The notes beneath the pieces are model-generated. The model saw nothing but the letters and a program-made list of their open reading frames with translations, was not told the DNA's origin and ran no database searches. 64,000 nt of DNA from positions 2,746,399 through 2,810,398 of the forward strand of contig MU053934.1 in NCBI GenBank assembly GCA_013239625.1. The letters run 5' to 3'. The position numbers were made by a program, and so were the translations under genes. Of the stretch, positions 23,076 through 37,400 are shown piece after piece (position 1 is the stretch's first letter; every line of letters starts with the position of its first letter). Source of the stretch: Lama guanicoe (taxonomy: Eukaryota).

Positions 23076-25700
23076 TTCCATGCCCCCCCCCAAAAAAGGA
23101 AAAAGGGTGATTTATTGACTCATGTTACTGGTAAGTCCAGGAAGTTTCAGGTACGGCTTGATCCAGAACTCAACAACTGTCATGGGAATGCTGTTTCTTT
23201 CTATTTCTTATGCTACATTGGCTACCTTCTCACACTGGCTGTCCCCTGAGGTTCCAAGATGGCCCTCCCCTGCAGTGCTGTAAACTTTCAAGTCCAACTC
23301 CTATGGAGGCAAAGGGAGTTCCTTGCCCTAAGATCAAAATTCCCAGAATTGGCTATGATTAGCCTAGTTTGGCCGCACACAATCCCTGAACCGGTCACCA
23401 TCAATTGCAAGGGTTGCCCAGGCCTGGGCTGCAAGGCACCTTCAAGTCTACACCATTGCAACTGCAGGGGGAGGAGGTAGGGAATTCTGGGTGGTCAAAG
23501 CCATGAGCTATTCATTGAGTCTGTGGGGGGCGCCCAAGCATGCCAGGCACTAGGGAGGTTTGCGTCCCAAGTCCTTGGTGAGTTTGATGACAGTATACAT
23601 CAAACTTCTAGAGAATGATTCTCTCTGGGGCCCCAAGTGGCCTTTCTTAGCTTGAGATCTCCCATCCCATCCCGTCCCTGGTGAGGCCTAACAGGCAGCT
23701 ACTGCCACCCCCTTGGGCCCCTGCTTAAAGGCAGCAGCAGCGCCCAGGGGAATTTGCTCCAACCTTCAGAGTTTCTCACTCCGAGTGGTGATGAGGCAGC
23801 TGGGTAGACAGATAGATGTTACATCCCCACATTTCCCCCTCCTCTTCCATCCCCTGGGTCCCCAAACTGTCTCTGGCTTTCAGCTGAGCATTTCTAAGTG
23901 TATGTTATTGAAGTAGATCCCACTGTCCTCTTTTTACAGAGGGAAACATGGAAGTTCAGAGAAGTCAAGTCACTTGCCCAAGGGCACACAGCACGCAGAG
24001 ACCAGAGCCTGGTCTGTCTGCCTCCATCCCTGTCCAGTGCTCTCCGCAAAGCCCGCTCTGGCCTCCCAGCTGGTGGAGGGAAGGAGGCCAGTGTGTGTGG
24101 GTCAGCAGTCTCCTAGCTGCCGTCTGCCAGGAGACAGGCATTCAGCTGTTAGCTTCACTGGTGATATTTCATTAGTTCACGCTATTTCCACCTGCTGTGG
24201 CCGGGAACAGGATACAGAGTTCCTCACGTCCAGAGCCCGAGCAGGCTGGGTGGAGGCTGCAGAGCCTAATGATATTTATGAGGTCAGCCCTGTGAGAGGA
24301 GGTGAATTAACTCGAAGGAATCTTGGCCCCATTCCTGAGAGCCAGCTCTTGAGCCTGTGGCCTTGTTTCCCCTCCTGCCCCTCACCTGCATTTAAGCACA
24401 GTTTCACCATCAAGAGAGAGGCCAAGGGGCAGAGAGTCCTAAGGGTGCAAAGGGCATTCAGACGGACAGCCCTGGGTCCCTGCCCTGGCTCTGCCACTTA
24501 ACCGCTGTGTGACCTTGAGCTGGTTGCTTCACCTCTCTGGACCTCAGTTTCTTCCTCTGTGAAATGGAGCTGAAGAGGGAGCTGTGGTGAATGAGTGCGC
24601 GTCTGGTTAAGGGGTCCGGAGATACCAAATCCTACACAAATGATTAACCAGGGCAGTTATTTACCCTGAATCCCGTCCTGCTGCTGAGAGGACCCCGGAG
24701 TTGCATTGTGGATATAAAAGTGGAGAACGAGGAAGTGCCGGCCCCTGACCACCCCTGGCTTTCCCAGGAAGGTCTTCGAGACCAGGATGCGGTGTCCTTG
24801 CTGGGGAAGCCAGGAGCTCCCGATAAGGGAGAAGGCAGAACTGGAGGATGTGAAAGGTGGAAGGGGCTGAGAGCGGAGCTCAGAACCAGCGTGGTCCTGG
24901 GTGTGGGGCTGGGATTCTGGAAAGTGAGCCAGTGATTCTGGCTCTTGGCCACCTGAGTTTGGGTCCTGTCCTTGAAAATCCCATCCCATCTCACTGTTGT
25001 TCAGAGGAAACCAGGGAATAATTTCATCCTTATGAGACTGGAATTATAAAGGAGAGCAGGGCTCCCCCAAGGTCATGGCTGTGGAAATTGGAAGACCCAG
25101 CAGAAACCTGTTAACAGGCAGTATCCGTTGTGCTGGGTGATGGGCTCGGAGAAGCAGAGGGAGGTTGGCCTGCAGAGTGCTAAGAGCTCTCTTTTTCCCA
25201 GACATCAGGGGAGCAGACCACATCCCATCTTGAGCCCAGCTCAGATCAATAAAGCCATCCTAGGTTCTAAAGGCAACAGCCTTTCTCACCTTATCTTCTC
25301 TTCCTCAGTCAACTTCTACCTCCATCCCTCCCTATTCCCATCACCGTAACAGAGTTAGAATAATCATTGAAAGAGGTGTGTGTATTTGTGTGTGTATATG
25401 ATGTGTGTGGTATATATCTGTGGTGTGTGTGTTCGCGCCCTCGCACTCACAGGGGATAGGTGATAAATTTCTGTGTGTTTTTTCCAAGACTCCCATCCAG
25501 TGTGCTCTTAACTGGCTCTTGGGAGGGCTGGGTCTGGCACATCCCCGCCAGGTGGACCCACGGGCTCTAACAGTTCACATGCATCCTCCCCAGCATCTGG
25601 CATTGTGCATCAGAATCAAGTAAACACTAATTTTCTGAATTCTCCCACAGCAATGGGGGAAAACAAAGGACTCATCTAGAATCATTTTTATGTACCCCAG

Positions 25701-26082
25701 TGTTATGGGCAGAATTGTGTCCCCTGAAAATTCATCTGTTGAAGTCCTAACCCCTCGGACCTCAGACTGTGACTGTATTTGGAGGCACATCTTTATAGAA
25801 GTAACTAACATAAAGTCACTAGGGTGGGTCCTGGTCCAGTGTGACTGGTGTCCTTATAAGAAGAAGAAACTGGGACACAGAAGCAGAGGGGGGACACCAT
25901 GTGAAGACACAAGGAGAAGACGGCCACCTGCAAGCCAGGGAGTAAAGCCTCAGGAGAAACCAACCCTGCTGGCACCTTGATCATGGACTTCTCATCTCCA
26001 GGACTGTGAGGACATAAATGTCTGTTGCCTAAACCCCCCAGCCTGGGGTCCTTTGTTGTGGAAGCCCCAGCAAACTGTTAGG
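25701..26082 (+). mobile_element. MaLR solo LTR (MLT1A/B-like)
   Basis: Begins TGTTATGGGCAGAATTGTGTCCCC; contains GACTGGTGTCCTTATAAGAAGA, CCATGTGAAGACAC and CCAACCCTGCTGGCACCTTGATC; ends ...GCCCCAGCAAACTG. Confidence 0.88.
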
Positions 26083-28863
26083 CCAGCAACAGAGAGGGGC
26101 TGTTGGAGGGGGTACGAGAGGGAAAGAGTCTCCATTTCTACCATCAAGACATGGACCACATCTCATGAAAACCCTCCAAGTCTTTTGAAATGGTTACCTT
26201 TCCTTTCTTAAAAACAATTTATTGTAAAAGTGACATTTACACCTTAAAGAAATAATGGAAAATAGAGAAGCTAAGGGGGAGGGGGCTTGCCAATAATCCA
26301 TTGCTACCCAATTACAACCACGGTTATCATTTCTGGAAGCTTTTGGCCCTTCCACTTCTGCCAGGCCATTCACCTGCCCATCACCCTTGGTGATGCAAGT
26401 TGGGTGCCACTACCTACTGGAAGCCCTCCTTGGTTTCTCCGCGCCAACCACACGCCCCCTCCTAGCACCTGCACTGACCTCCAGCAATACCTCAGTAATG
26501 GCCCCATTATTCCACCTGCTCTCTCCGTTTTTCCAGCTGCCTTTTCAGCTGGGAGTTTGAGGCACCAACACCAGTGTCCAGCTTCTCTCCAGGAGGGCCT
26601 CCAAGGAGAATAAATCAAACTGCTGTTTTTATTTTTGGCCGTGTGTGGACAGTGGTTGTTCTCTAAAACATTTTTGGATCACTCCTTCTAATGCTATCTA
26701 GATACATTTATTCACCTGTGCTTCAGGGGCGGCTGCTGGTGTATAATTAGTCTTTCAGGAGCTGTAACCTTCCCTTGGGGTTCAAGCCTCAAATTCACGG
26801 GGCTCTCACTTCTAGACCAAAAACTGCAGTTCATACTCTGATAAGAGAAGGTTCTTTGGGGAACAGGGTACTGGATCTTTGAAACCATGCTAAGCAAATC
26901 TGGAATGTTTAGTACCTATACGCCTTGGTGTCCCTTCTGCCAGTGGGAGGGGACTTGACATTGGCCTCTAGCGGGAAAGCCCTCTGTGACACGACCAATG
27001 TGCGTGCGTGTGTGTGTGTTTAGTATGTAATACATATGTTAACAGATAATTAAATTAGAAAAATACTACCTTGTACTACTTATTTTCTTGGAGTTCTGCA
27101 AAGAAAATGAGATTTTTTTTCCTCCTTATTAGTATGTTCCAAATTTTCTGCCATATATATGTAACAAAACATTAAAAAATTGCAAATACGTTTTAAAGTG
27201 AATTTTTATTCAACTACATTAAAATTCACGTTGGAAAATGGTTCTTAAATTCCTATTAGTTGTTTTGGGCTCCACACATTTATGCCAGAAATAATCTAAT
27301 TGGTTGTATGTTAAAATTAAAAGTAAAATGGGAAGCTTTAGAAACCATGTAAGTGACAATATTCTGCACTTTAAAAAAGTGTAGGGCTTCTTGTTTAGCT
27401 TAATCATAGCCTATGAGGCTAAGGGGGAGGATCTCTTGTTTATTTAAAATTCGCAAAACACAAGCTGTGTTAGAGACCTGACGTCTTCACTTTTTTCCTC
27501 AACAACATACTGCTTAACAACATTTCATCTCTTTAGAATTATCCTGGCAAGCCATCATGAGATGCTTACTTGTTTTTGTTTTTTAAAAGGTATTTTGTTT
27601 TTTGTATTAGACCTGCAACAGATAGACATACCTGTTTTTATTTTTATAATAAAATATCTTTAAAATATAGATATGATGTTTTATACAACTAACAATGATG
27701 AATTGAGTATAATCTCGCTATTAAGATATAGAGAAGAGAGTGTGTATAAAGTAATGTACTTCCAGTAATAAATAATTAAAATAATATACATTATTGAAAT
27801 AGTTATTTCTAGATATTTAAGCCATCATTATAGAACAATTAGGTTTTTTTTCAGGTTATAGAGGAAACCAGTTGTGGTCATATTTGCATAAAAGCACAAA
27901 TTATATTTTATTTGAAGTGTTATTTTTCATTGTAATGCATATGAAATAACTTGACAACCAATGTGTTGTAAGGACATGGTTGAACCATTGTCTTTTCTTA
28001 TCAACTATATATTCCTTTCATTCTGATTCTGGGTCAAATTCTATTGAAAAAATATAGGAAATCACAGAAGCTGGATCTATTTGAAAACCCAGCGGTTCCC
28101 ATCTTGCTCCAGTACTGTAGACTAAGCCACAGATTGTGCTGGAGATTGGGACTGAGGTTTGGAGAATGACAGTGACTCAGAATCGGGAAATAAACACGTG
28201 GGCAAAGCAAGGCAGAGAAGGACGGGCTGGGACTGCAGGACAGCCCTCCCTGTCCCCTCCTCTCCCACTATCTGCCCCCGTCTCTCTCCCCGCCCCCATC
28301 TCCATCTCCCCACCTCCTTCCCACCTCTACTTCTCTTTCTCGACTGGACTGTTCCTTTCCTTTCTTGTCTCCTCGGCCAGCCTTTCTGTTCCCCAGTCTC
28401 AGTCGTGAGCCCTTGATCTCACACGTCTATAGGACTGGGAGGCCTTTTGTGATCAGCCGATCAGCTCAACCACTTCATTTTTAAAGGTTTTTCTTTGTAT
28501 TGCTTTTTTAAAAATTGTGATAAAAATACATACCCAAATCTACCAACTTAACTATTTTAAAGTGCACAGGTAAGTAATGGTAAGTTTATTACATTGCTGT
28601 GCCAAACGTCTCATTTTACAGATGAGAAGCCTGAGGCTCAGAGGGGATAGAACTCGTCGAGGAACATGGCAGAGCAAGGACTCATCCAGGACTCTAGATC
28701 ACCTTCTGGGTCCTGAAGGAGGGTAGGACATGCCTAAGGGAAGAGGCAGAGCAGGGGTGACGGGAGAGAGCCCAGGCGTGGGCTGGAGAGGCTGGGTCGT
28801 ATTTAGACCATGGTCCGAGCTCTGCGCTCTCCTCCTTAACTGGGAGTGGTATAAATTATCAAG

Positions 28864-29185
28864 TGAAGCCTTGAAAACATGCTCAGTGAAAGAAGCCAGG
28901 CACAAAAGGTCACATGTTATATGATTCCATGTATGTGAAATGTCCAGGACTGGTAAACCCATGGAGACAGAAAGTGAGTTGGTGGTGGCCAGGGGCTAGG
29001 TAGATGCTAGAATAGGCAATAACTGCTTAACAGGTACAGGATTTTATTATGGGGTGATGAAGAGGTTTGCAGCTAGATAGAGGTGGGGGTTCACAACACA
29101 GTGAACACATTAAATGCCACTGAATTGTTCACTTTAATTTGGGTGACTTCCTGTTATGTGAATATCATCTCAATTAAAAAAAATT
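28864..29185 (+). mobile_element. L1MB-type 3' end
   Basis: CCTTGAAAACATGCTCAGTGAAAGAAGCCAGGCACAAAAGGTCACATG...AATGCCACTGAATTGTTCACTTTAA...ATCTCAATTAAAAAAAA. Confidence 0.85.
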
Positions 29186-32100
29186 TCCCAAAGATTCTCA
29201 GAGAATCTTGCAGGTGACAAAGTATCAAACGACAGTTGTTTTCACAGGCATAGTCACGGTGGGTCACACTCAAGGGAGATACCGCCTTCCATTTGCCTGG
29301 AAGGATTTCCTAGTCAGCAGTAACCACGGCTGGTAGGAATGTCCAGAAGTGACAGCATGCTCCCTCTTAGGATATTTCCTTGCCTTCTCCCTCCTGCAGG
29401 CCCGGACATCTGTGCTATTCCCTCATGACTTAATTGAGGCATCACCTCTTTCAGGAAGCCCTCCTTGATTTCTCCTCCCACCCCTTGATTACACGCCATG
29501 CTCAGGCTCCCTGCATCTACCAGGGCTGTTACTGTGGAGCAATTATCCACTGACTTGTCTGCTCCCACCCTGTCTATGAGCCTGTTGATATCAGGGACCT
29601 TTTAGAGGCAGAGTGGAAAGAAAACTACGTTGATCTTTGTGCTGAATCGACCTGATTTCAAAGCCTGGTTGGGCCAACTTACTAGCTATGTGACTTCAGG
29701 GCAAATCGTTCAACCTTTAGGAACATCAGTTTCACATCTGGAGAATGAAGATGTTATTTTCCTTATAGGGCTGTGCCCAGGCATCTTGGTTATATAATCT
29801 CATTCCCCGAGACACTTTTTTCTTCTTTTCCTTCTTCACCATTATTATATTGCTTTTGATTTTCCCTTAGTTACAACCTTTTCTGACTATTTTCCCCTAG
29901 TGATCTCCCTGACCATATGGACAGTAGAATGAGCAGTCTGGTGTTCACAAGGGAGGGTTGTGGTGGCTCAGGAGGGGTGGGCTGGGGGAGCCGAGGCAGC
30001 CGGAGGCAAGTCCTGGGGGTGAGTGTCTGGGGACAGCCATTACCCACGGGCAGGAAAGGATGGTATTCGCTTAAGCTGCTAGCTGTGATGTGTGATACGG
30101 CCAGAGACTTGCCCCCTCTGAGCCTCTACTTCTGGTTGTGTGCGTGGGGACTCGTGAGAGGACTCGCCTGGAGTGTTGTGAAGGTGAAATTCACACACCA
30201 ATGGGAAGACCGAATGCAGAGAGTGGTCATAGGAATAGATCGTGCTCTCAGTGGCTGCAAATGTGCAGACGTACCACCACAAGCCTTGCTTGTGTAACGT
30301 CCGTGCTAGATTGGAGATTAATGTCATGTAGCAGAAATAGAAATATACCCAACTCTTTGCTGGATTCTAGACAGGTCCTTCAGTCAGTGAGCTTTTAGGA
30401 ACTCCAAATTCCTACCCACATTCTTAAAATGATTTGCAGACAAGCAAGAAAGGAGAGTTTCGTCCTTGTTGGCACGGCTGGTGCCTGGTTCAACAGGTAA
30501 GGGGCCGGAGACAGGAAGTGACGCCCCCAGACCACAAGCTCCTCCACTTTTGGGGAGGTGAGACGGAGGGGTGAGAAGCATGACCAGGACTATTCTCCAG
30601 GGCAAGTGAAAGTCCAGTCCCATAGTTGAGTGACCTTGGAGCAAGGTGGGGAGGCGATGCCCCACTCTCTGGGCTGAGGAGGCTAGAGCAAGCAGCTCCC
30701 TGAAGACTCCAAATTCCAGGGCGAGAATGCAGTGAACGTATTAGATCCCCAAGTGATTAGAAACATCAGTAGGATGAAAAAAACGTGGGCTGGTATCTGA
30801 ATTCCCTTTTCTTACTACCCTCCCTGCTCATTATCACGGAAGGAAATTGCAAATTCTAGGCTACCTGGGAACTCAAGGAAACACCCTAGCCACCTGAGCT
30901 CAGTTTCTCCATCTGTCAAATGGGCATAATCCACCCGCTTCAGCAGATACCTGTCTGAGTTGCTACGTGAAGGCTCTAACACAGCGCCTGGTTCACATGG
31001 GCTCAGCAGGGCTGTTCCTCTCATTTCTGTCTCACACTGTGTGGAACTGCTTACCTGGCAGACCTCCCTTTCCTTCTCTGGAAATGGAGGAGGCGTGCTG
31101 CCCCCCTTCCCATGGAGGGAAGCCTGTGAGCTGTAAAGGCAGTGGTGGGACTCCCCAGGCTTCTGTGAGCCCTGGAAGTGCTGAGTGGGGGAGAGTCGGC
31201 AGTGGAGGGGCTGAGATGTCCCAGAAGCTGACCCTGCCCTGGAGCGTGGTCACTCCTCCCACAGACGCCCTCCTGGTTGCTCCTTTTTCTCCTTGACTCT
31301 TGAGCTCTGAGGAAACAAGAGATCCCAGCCTGGCCCCATCATCATCTGCCTCCTGTGAGGCTCCCTCAGAGGTCCTCAGACTGCCTGCCCATCCTGGGCT
31401 GAAGAAAGGAGCCTTCTAGGTCCTTCTCCAGGTCTATATTCTCTGCATTAGACAAGATAGACCCCAGAGCTTTTCTCTCTATGATGGGAAGTCAGTCAGT
31501 CGGTCCCTAGCAGGTATTCACTGAGCAAAACACCTAGAAAAATATTTCAGCCCTCAAGGAGTATACAGACTAGTTACAACACAGATAGCATATATGGTAT
31601 CTGAAGTAGGTGTAGATACAGGTAACTCTGTAGCTACACGGAAATATGCATATGCCTCCCAGCCTTTCTTCACCAGGTCTCTATGTCCTACATTTCAGGA
31701 CACTGAAAAGATTTTCTTGGACCATAACAGTAAATATCCATCTAGATATATACACACGTAAGAGGTGATGGTATTCCTACACGGTGTCCACCCTGGACAT
31801 AATTCCAGTCACTTTGCATTTTTCAGTTCAATTCGTCTATCCTCTAAAGCCAGCATCGTTCCCATTTTACAGATGGGAAAACTAAGGCATCAGAGAAGCT
31901 AAATATCTTGTCCAAAGTCACACAGCAGGTAATAGCAGAGCTGGGATTTGAACCCTCCAGAGCCTGTGCTCCCTTCATCCTGTGCTCTCCTGACACTCAC
32001 CGGCAGCAGCCTCTGACGTGCATCTCTGTCTACAGAATCAGCTCATCCAACCTCCCTCCACACACACGGAATCAGCCATTCCCTTGCTTAAAACCCTCCA

Positions 32101-34406
32101 GCACAACCCCCACCCCTTGGCATTGGAATCGCAGTGAAACCCCTTGGACAGGTTCTGCTGCCCTTCTCTGCCTCATTTTTAGAAATGGCCCCTTTATGAC
32201 ATGCATTTGAAAATCAATGTCTCTGTCTTTTTAGTATAAAGCCTCTTTTATAATATCAAAATAATTCCTGAACCAAGAGTGGTAATAATTCTACTTTTAG
32301 TATCTATTGATTGAGAAAACGTCTACCAACAATAAGCTACCACGAGCTCAGCAACACTTTAAAATGTAATGGGTGAACTGGGGTATGTGATGTCTTATTT
32401 TTTCAGCTTATAAACCAGGCTGGATTCAGAGATAAATTTTCAGGCTTATCCTAAATCCTTGGACCCAGAGATCCTTATCCTTCAGCTTGGAAACTGCTTT
32501 TGTCTCCACTCTTCCAAAATCTAGCAGGTTCCCAAGGCACATACTGATCCCTTGTCCTGGACTGACCCTCCCTAAGGAGCCAGCTTAAGCATCACCTCCT
32601 CTGGGGAGTCCTCCCTGACTCATCACCCCACCAATGCCCAGCAAATAGCTCTGCTCCATTATCTCTGCACCATGGCTGGTTCTCTGTCATTGTTCACGTC
32701 ACACTGTCTGGTCATTGTTTGTTTGCAAACACTACTGTATAATTTGGCCATTGAGTTCCGGAGCTTTGGCATCTGTGAGACCCAGTTTCCTGTCTTGGCT
32801 GTAGCATCTTCTGGCTTTGTGAACTTGGGCAGACTTGAACAAATCCCTTCAGTATTTTTAAGCATCAGATTCTTCACCTGTAAAATGAATAGGATAGTTA
32901 ATACATTTACGTGCTTCAAAAGTCAGAAGGTACCAAAAGTTAAACAGTACAAAGTCTCCCTTCTCTTCTGCCCCAGGCACCCAGTTCCCTCCCCAAAGGC
33001 AACCATTGTTATCAGCTTATTATATTTCCTTCTGTGTCTGTGCAACCACAATTCCAGACAGATGCTGACCTCTCCCTTTTTTATTATTAGGAGGTAGCCC
33101 CCTGCACACACAGGTCTGCATCAAGAATTTCCTCTGCATCAGCTGAATCCTTTGCATCCATTATCTCTTTAATACTCATGGCAACCTTTGGAGGAAGGCA
33201 TAATAATATCCCCATTTCATGGATGAGAAAACTGAGGTACAGAGAAATTAAGTGAATAATTCTAGATCCCAGGAATAATAAGTGGCAGCATTTGAATCTA
33301 GGGTTTCTGACTCCAAATCCCATGCTATGAGCCACCACATTACAGCACAGGCATGGACGGTCAATGAGATGTTCTGGTGTCTCATCCTCAGGGATGGCGT
33401 GGGATAGAGTCTTCTAAATGAAGCCAGAAATCAGAACAGGTACATCACCGTGGGAACCAGGCCCCATTGATGTTAATGAGGCTCCAGTACATCCTGCTAA
33501 TTTTCACTAAGAGTCTTATCCAAGCAGTGCCTCCTGGGATGGAAATAGATTTACAGCGATCACAGCAACTGCGCATATATAACCAGAAAGCAGTTTGCTC
33601 TCTCCTGCCCGACTCCAGTGTTGTGGGGCTTGCTCCTGCCCTGCTCCTGGAGGAAACTATCTCATTCTTAGGTAATTAAAAAGTCTCTCATGCTGGTAGC
33701 CACCCCAAATATGTCAGTTTAGTAACTAGCATGTCCAGTTTTACTTAATGATCAAAAATCCAAACTTTCTTCAGAGATAAAGCTTCACGCTTCCTCTAGC
33801 TGCCAAAGGGGGAGCCTGCAGTGGGAAAGGAGGATGGAGCCCATTTATTGGGTTTTCTGCTTTTCACTTTTATTATTGACCTCCCAGCTTGCTAAGAAAT
33901 GCTGGTGAGGGGACAGGGACATTCGTACCTCTCTGGCACTTTGGGAAGTGGTGTAGGCGCTTTCTGGGTTGGGTAGATGTTTCAAGTTGAGTCCTTCAGG
34001 AGGCCACTTATGTGGGTTTTTTAGAGACCCTCACTGCTAGGGACTCCTCCCCCACATGTGGGTGACGCTTCTCAGAAAGGACACTGAAGACTCCTCTCCT
34101 GATCCCTGGGTATCCATCTCTACCCTCCTCCCCAGCAGCCCTCTGCTGAGGTCTCTCCACCCCTCCAGGCAGTGGTCAAGGACAGGATCAAAGACCATCT
34201 TAGGCTGGCTTGCCCTCCTGTGTGGCTGTGTCTCCAGAAAATAAGCTATTAGACTTTCTGTAGCTGGGAATACTGTCCCTTGTCAATCAGAGATCTGTCC
34301 TCTGCTGCCCCTGGCCACTTCATCAGACAATCCATGGGCCCATAAGTTTCCAGAATACTTGGGTCCAACTTTCCTATTGGTCTGCTTGGAGCTTCTCAAG
34401 CACTCC

Positions 34407-37400
34407 TTGGTGGATTAATCTGCAAAGATGGCCATGAACAATTCCCCTCATCTGTATGTGCATGCCGTTGATGTCAGCAACAGGTGGGGTCTATTCCTCC
34501 TCTCCTTTGATGGGTGTAGATGACCTTGTGACTTACTTTGACCAACCAAAAATATACAAGTGATTTGTGCACGTTCTGGAGCCTGAACCTCAAGATATTG
34601 TATAGCTGCCACCTTTGCTCTTTTGGGATCCAGTCACCTGAGCTTCTGCTCAGACTAGGCTACTGAGTGATGAGAAGCCACATGAAAAGAGAGAGGCCCA
34701 GCCAGCCTCCCACCATTCCAACCACTCCAGCTTTCAGCTGAATGCAGCCATATGAATGTCCCCAGCTGACCCCACGTGCAGCAGAAGAACTATCCAGCAA
34801 AGCCGAGTAGACCCACAGCATCCTGAGGCATAACACATTGTTGCTTTAAACTGCTCATCACAACAGTAGAAAACTAACACAGACATTGGCACCTAGAAGC
34901 CGGTGCTGCTGGAACAAAGGCTAAAAGTCATGGAATTGGCTTCGGGACTTGGCAGCAGGTGGAGCTAGAAGGGTGGAGAGGAGACTGTTAGTGGAGGCTG
35001 CAAGAGCAGTGAGAAAGCTGCTCCTAGAGGCTGTAGAGAGGTGGACCCCTTCACATAATAGCAGAAATTTTAACAACAATGTTACCTCCAATAATGCAGA
35101 TGATTAAAAAGGTACTTCATGAATTTGTGGATCTTCTGAGGGGATTTTCAGGCAGAATGTTGACATGACAATTAGCTTCTTTCCTGGTATATAATACGTA
35201 TTTCAAAAGAAAATTAGTTAAAGAAAGAACCCACAGATATAGAGAACAAATTGATGGTTACCAGTGGGGAGAGGAGAGGGGGTGGGGCAATATAGAGGGA
35301 GGGAATTAAGAAGTACAAACTATTACGTGTGAAACAAGCTATAAGGTTATATTGTACAACACAGGGAAGATAGCCAGTATTTTATAACTGTAAATGTGGA
35401 GTATAACCTTTAAAAATTGTGAATCACTATATTTTACACCTATAAATGATATATTATACATCAATTGTATTTCAATTTAAAAACTTTTTTTAAGGTTTAA
35501 AAAAAAGAAGGAACTGCTCAATTTTCGGTAGAATTTTGAGGAAACAGAGGACCCAGGAGAGTCTCTGTCGGCAAAAAAATTCTCAAAATAAGAAATAGTC
35601 TCAGGGCAAAGATAAAACACAGGGGATGCTTCCAGTAAAGTATGGCCCCAAGATAAAGATTATATCAAGGCTGTCAGGCCTCTTTTGGGACTTTGGAAAC
35701 ATTTAAAGTTTTTCTTTATAGACTCTTTCAGAAAGAACAAAGGATTTCAAAAATTTTAAGGGAATTTTCCCACACAGCCGGCCATGTCAAAGTAGAATGA
35801 AATCTGTCTTGGAAAGAATTATGGTGGGTCTTTTGGGACACAGAGTAAATCCCAATAAGATTCATAGGAGACCTATAAAGATTTTAAAGAAAGTGATTGG
35901 TGAAAGGATCATCAGCTGGGGCTCAGAGAAAGAGAGACAGTTCAAATTGAAAAAAAAGGTCTTTGGGATCTCAGCTTTCTATAGTTAGGAAGCAAGCTGA
36001 GAAAGCTACTCTGCTGCAGATGATGGGCCATTTTTTTATGGAAAAGGAAGGATGACTCACGGGTTGGAGCCAAGAGCTCAGAGAGTAGACCAACAGCCAA
36101 GAGCAGTGGCTTAGGGAATTACTCCTTAGTGAAGTAGCTTTTCTTACTCGAGAGTAGGGGAAAATATGGTAACTCGTGCTCAGCTGAATTTCCAGATTTT
36201 CTATGGACCAGTAGCTTCTATGTGCTTACCTTTCCTCCTCTTTTTGAATGGGAGCATCTGTTATGGTGATCTTGTCCCTGTCTCATCATTGTATGCTGGG
36301 TGTGTGGAGGGGCAGAAAACTTGTGTTTTGGTTCATGCATCTCTGAATCAAGAGGAAACTGAACTTGATGAGCTACATTTGAGGAGCCTCATCTGTACCA
36401 GGACCTGATGGAGATGATGAGATCCTGGACTAAACCTAATGTCAAAATGAGATAAGACTTTGGGGACCTTGGAAGGAAAGAAGCGTACCCTACATATGGG
36501 ATTTCTGTGGCCATAGGGTAGACTACGGTGGATTAAGGACAGTCATGAATTCTTTGTATCTTCTTTCGTCAAGAAGCGGCATCTGTATCCCCCTCTTTGA
36601 ATCTGGGCTGCTCTGTGACTTGCTTTGACCAACACAACACAGCAATGCCAACCACCACATAAAGACATCTGATCACCCTGCTGGAAAGAGAAGCCCTGGA
36701 GGACAACGAAGAGGGAGAGAGAAGCCCAGCCAACCCCCTGCCATTCCATTCTCTCTCAGTGGTGCCAGAGGGTGTTAGAAAAAGCATCTTGGATCCTCTA
36801 GCTTTAGCTGAAGCAACCTTGCCAACACCCCATGGAGCAGAGATGAGCCATTCCCACCAAAAGCTTTGCCTAGTTGCAGAATCATGACCAAACAAACAGT
36901 TGTTATTTTGAGATACTAAATGTTGGGCTTAACATTTACTCGGCAATAGAAAACTGATACAGGAGTTGTTACCAGAAGTGGGATTTGAACCCACACAAAT
37001 ACTGAATGCACTGGCGCCATGTGCCTCATTAGATTTCACATTGCTATGGCCCATTGACAGCTATGCACCTTCAGTTCTCTCTCTCCTTGTTTTTTAATGA
37101 GTGTCTATTGCAATTATCTTTCCCCCATCTCACCCTGCGTGCCCATGTCCCTCCTCCCTTCAAAATGCAGAATCTAGTTCTCCAACCTCTTGACTCTGGA
37201 ATGTCCTTGTGACTTGCTTTAACCAACAGCACAGGTAGAAGGTGCATCGTGTGAGTTTCAGAGCTAGGCTTTAAGATGTCTTGTAGTTTCCACCTTTGCT
37301 TTCTTAGGATCCATCTACCCTGTAACAGAGCTTAAGCTAAACCACTGAATGATGAGAGCTCAGAGAGAGAGAGAGAGTCCCAGCCAGCCTCCAGTCTCTC

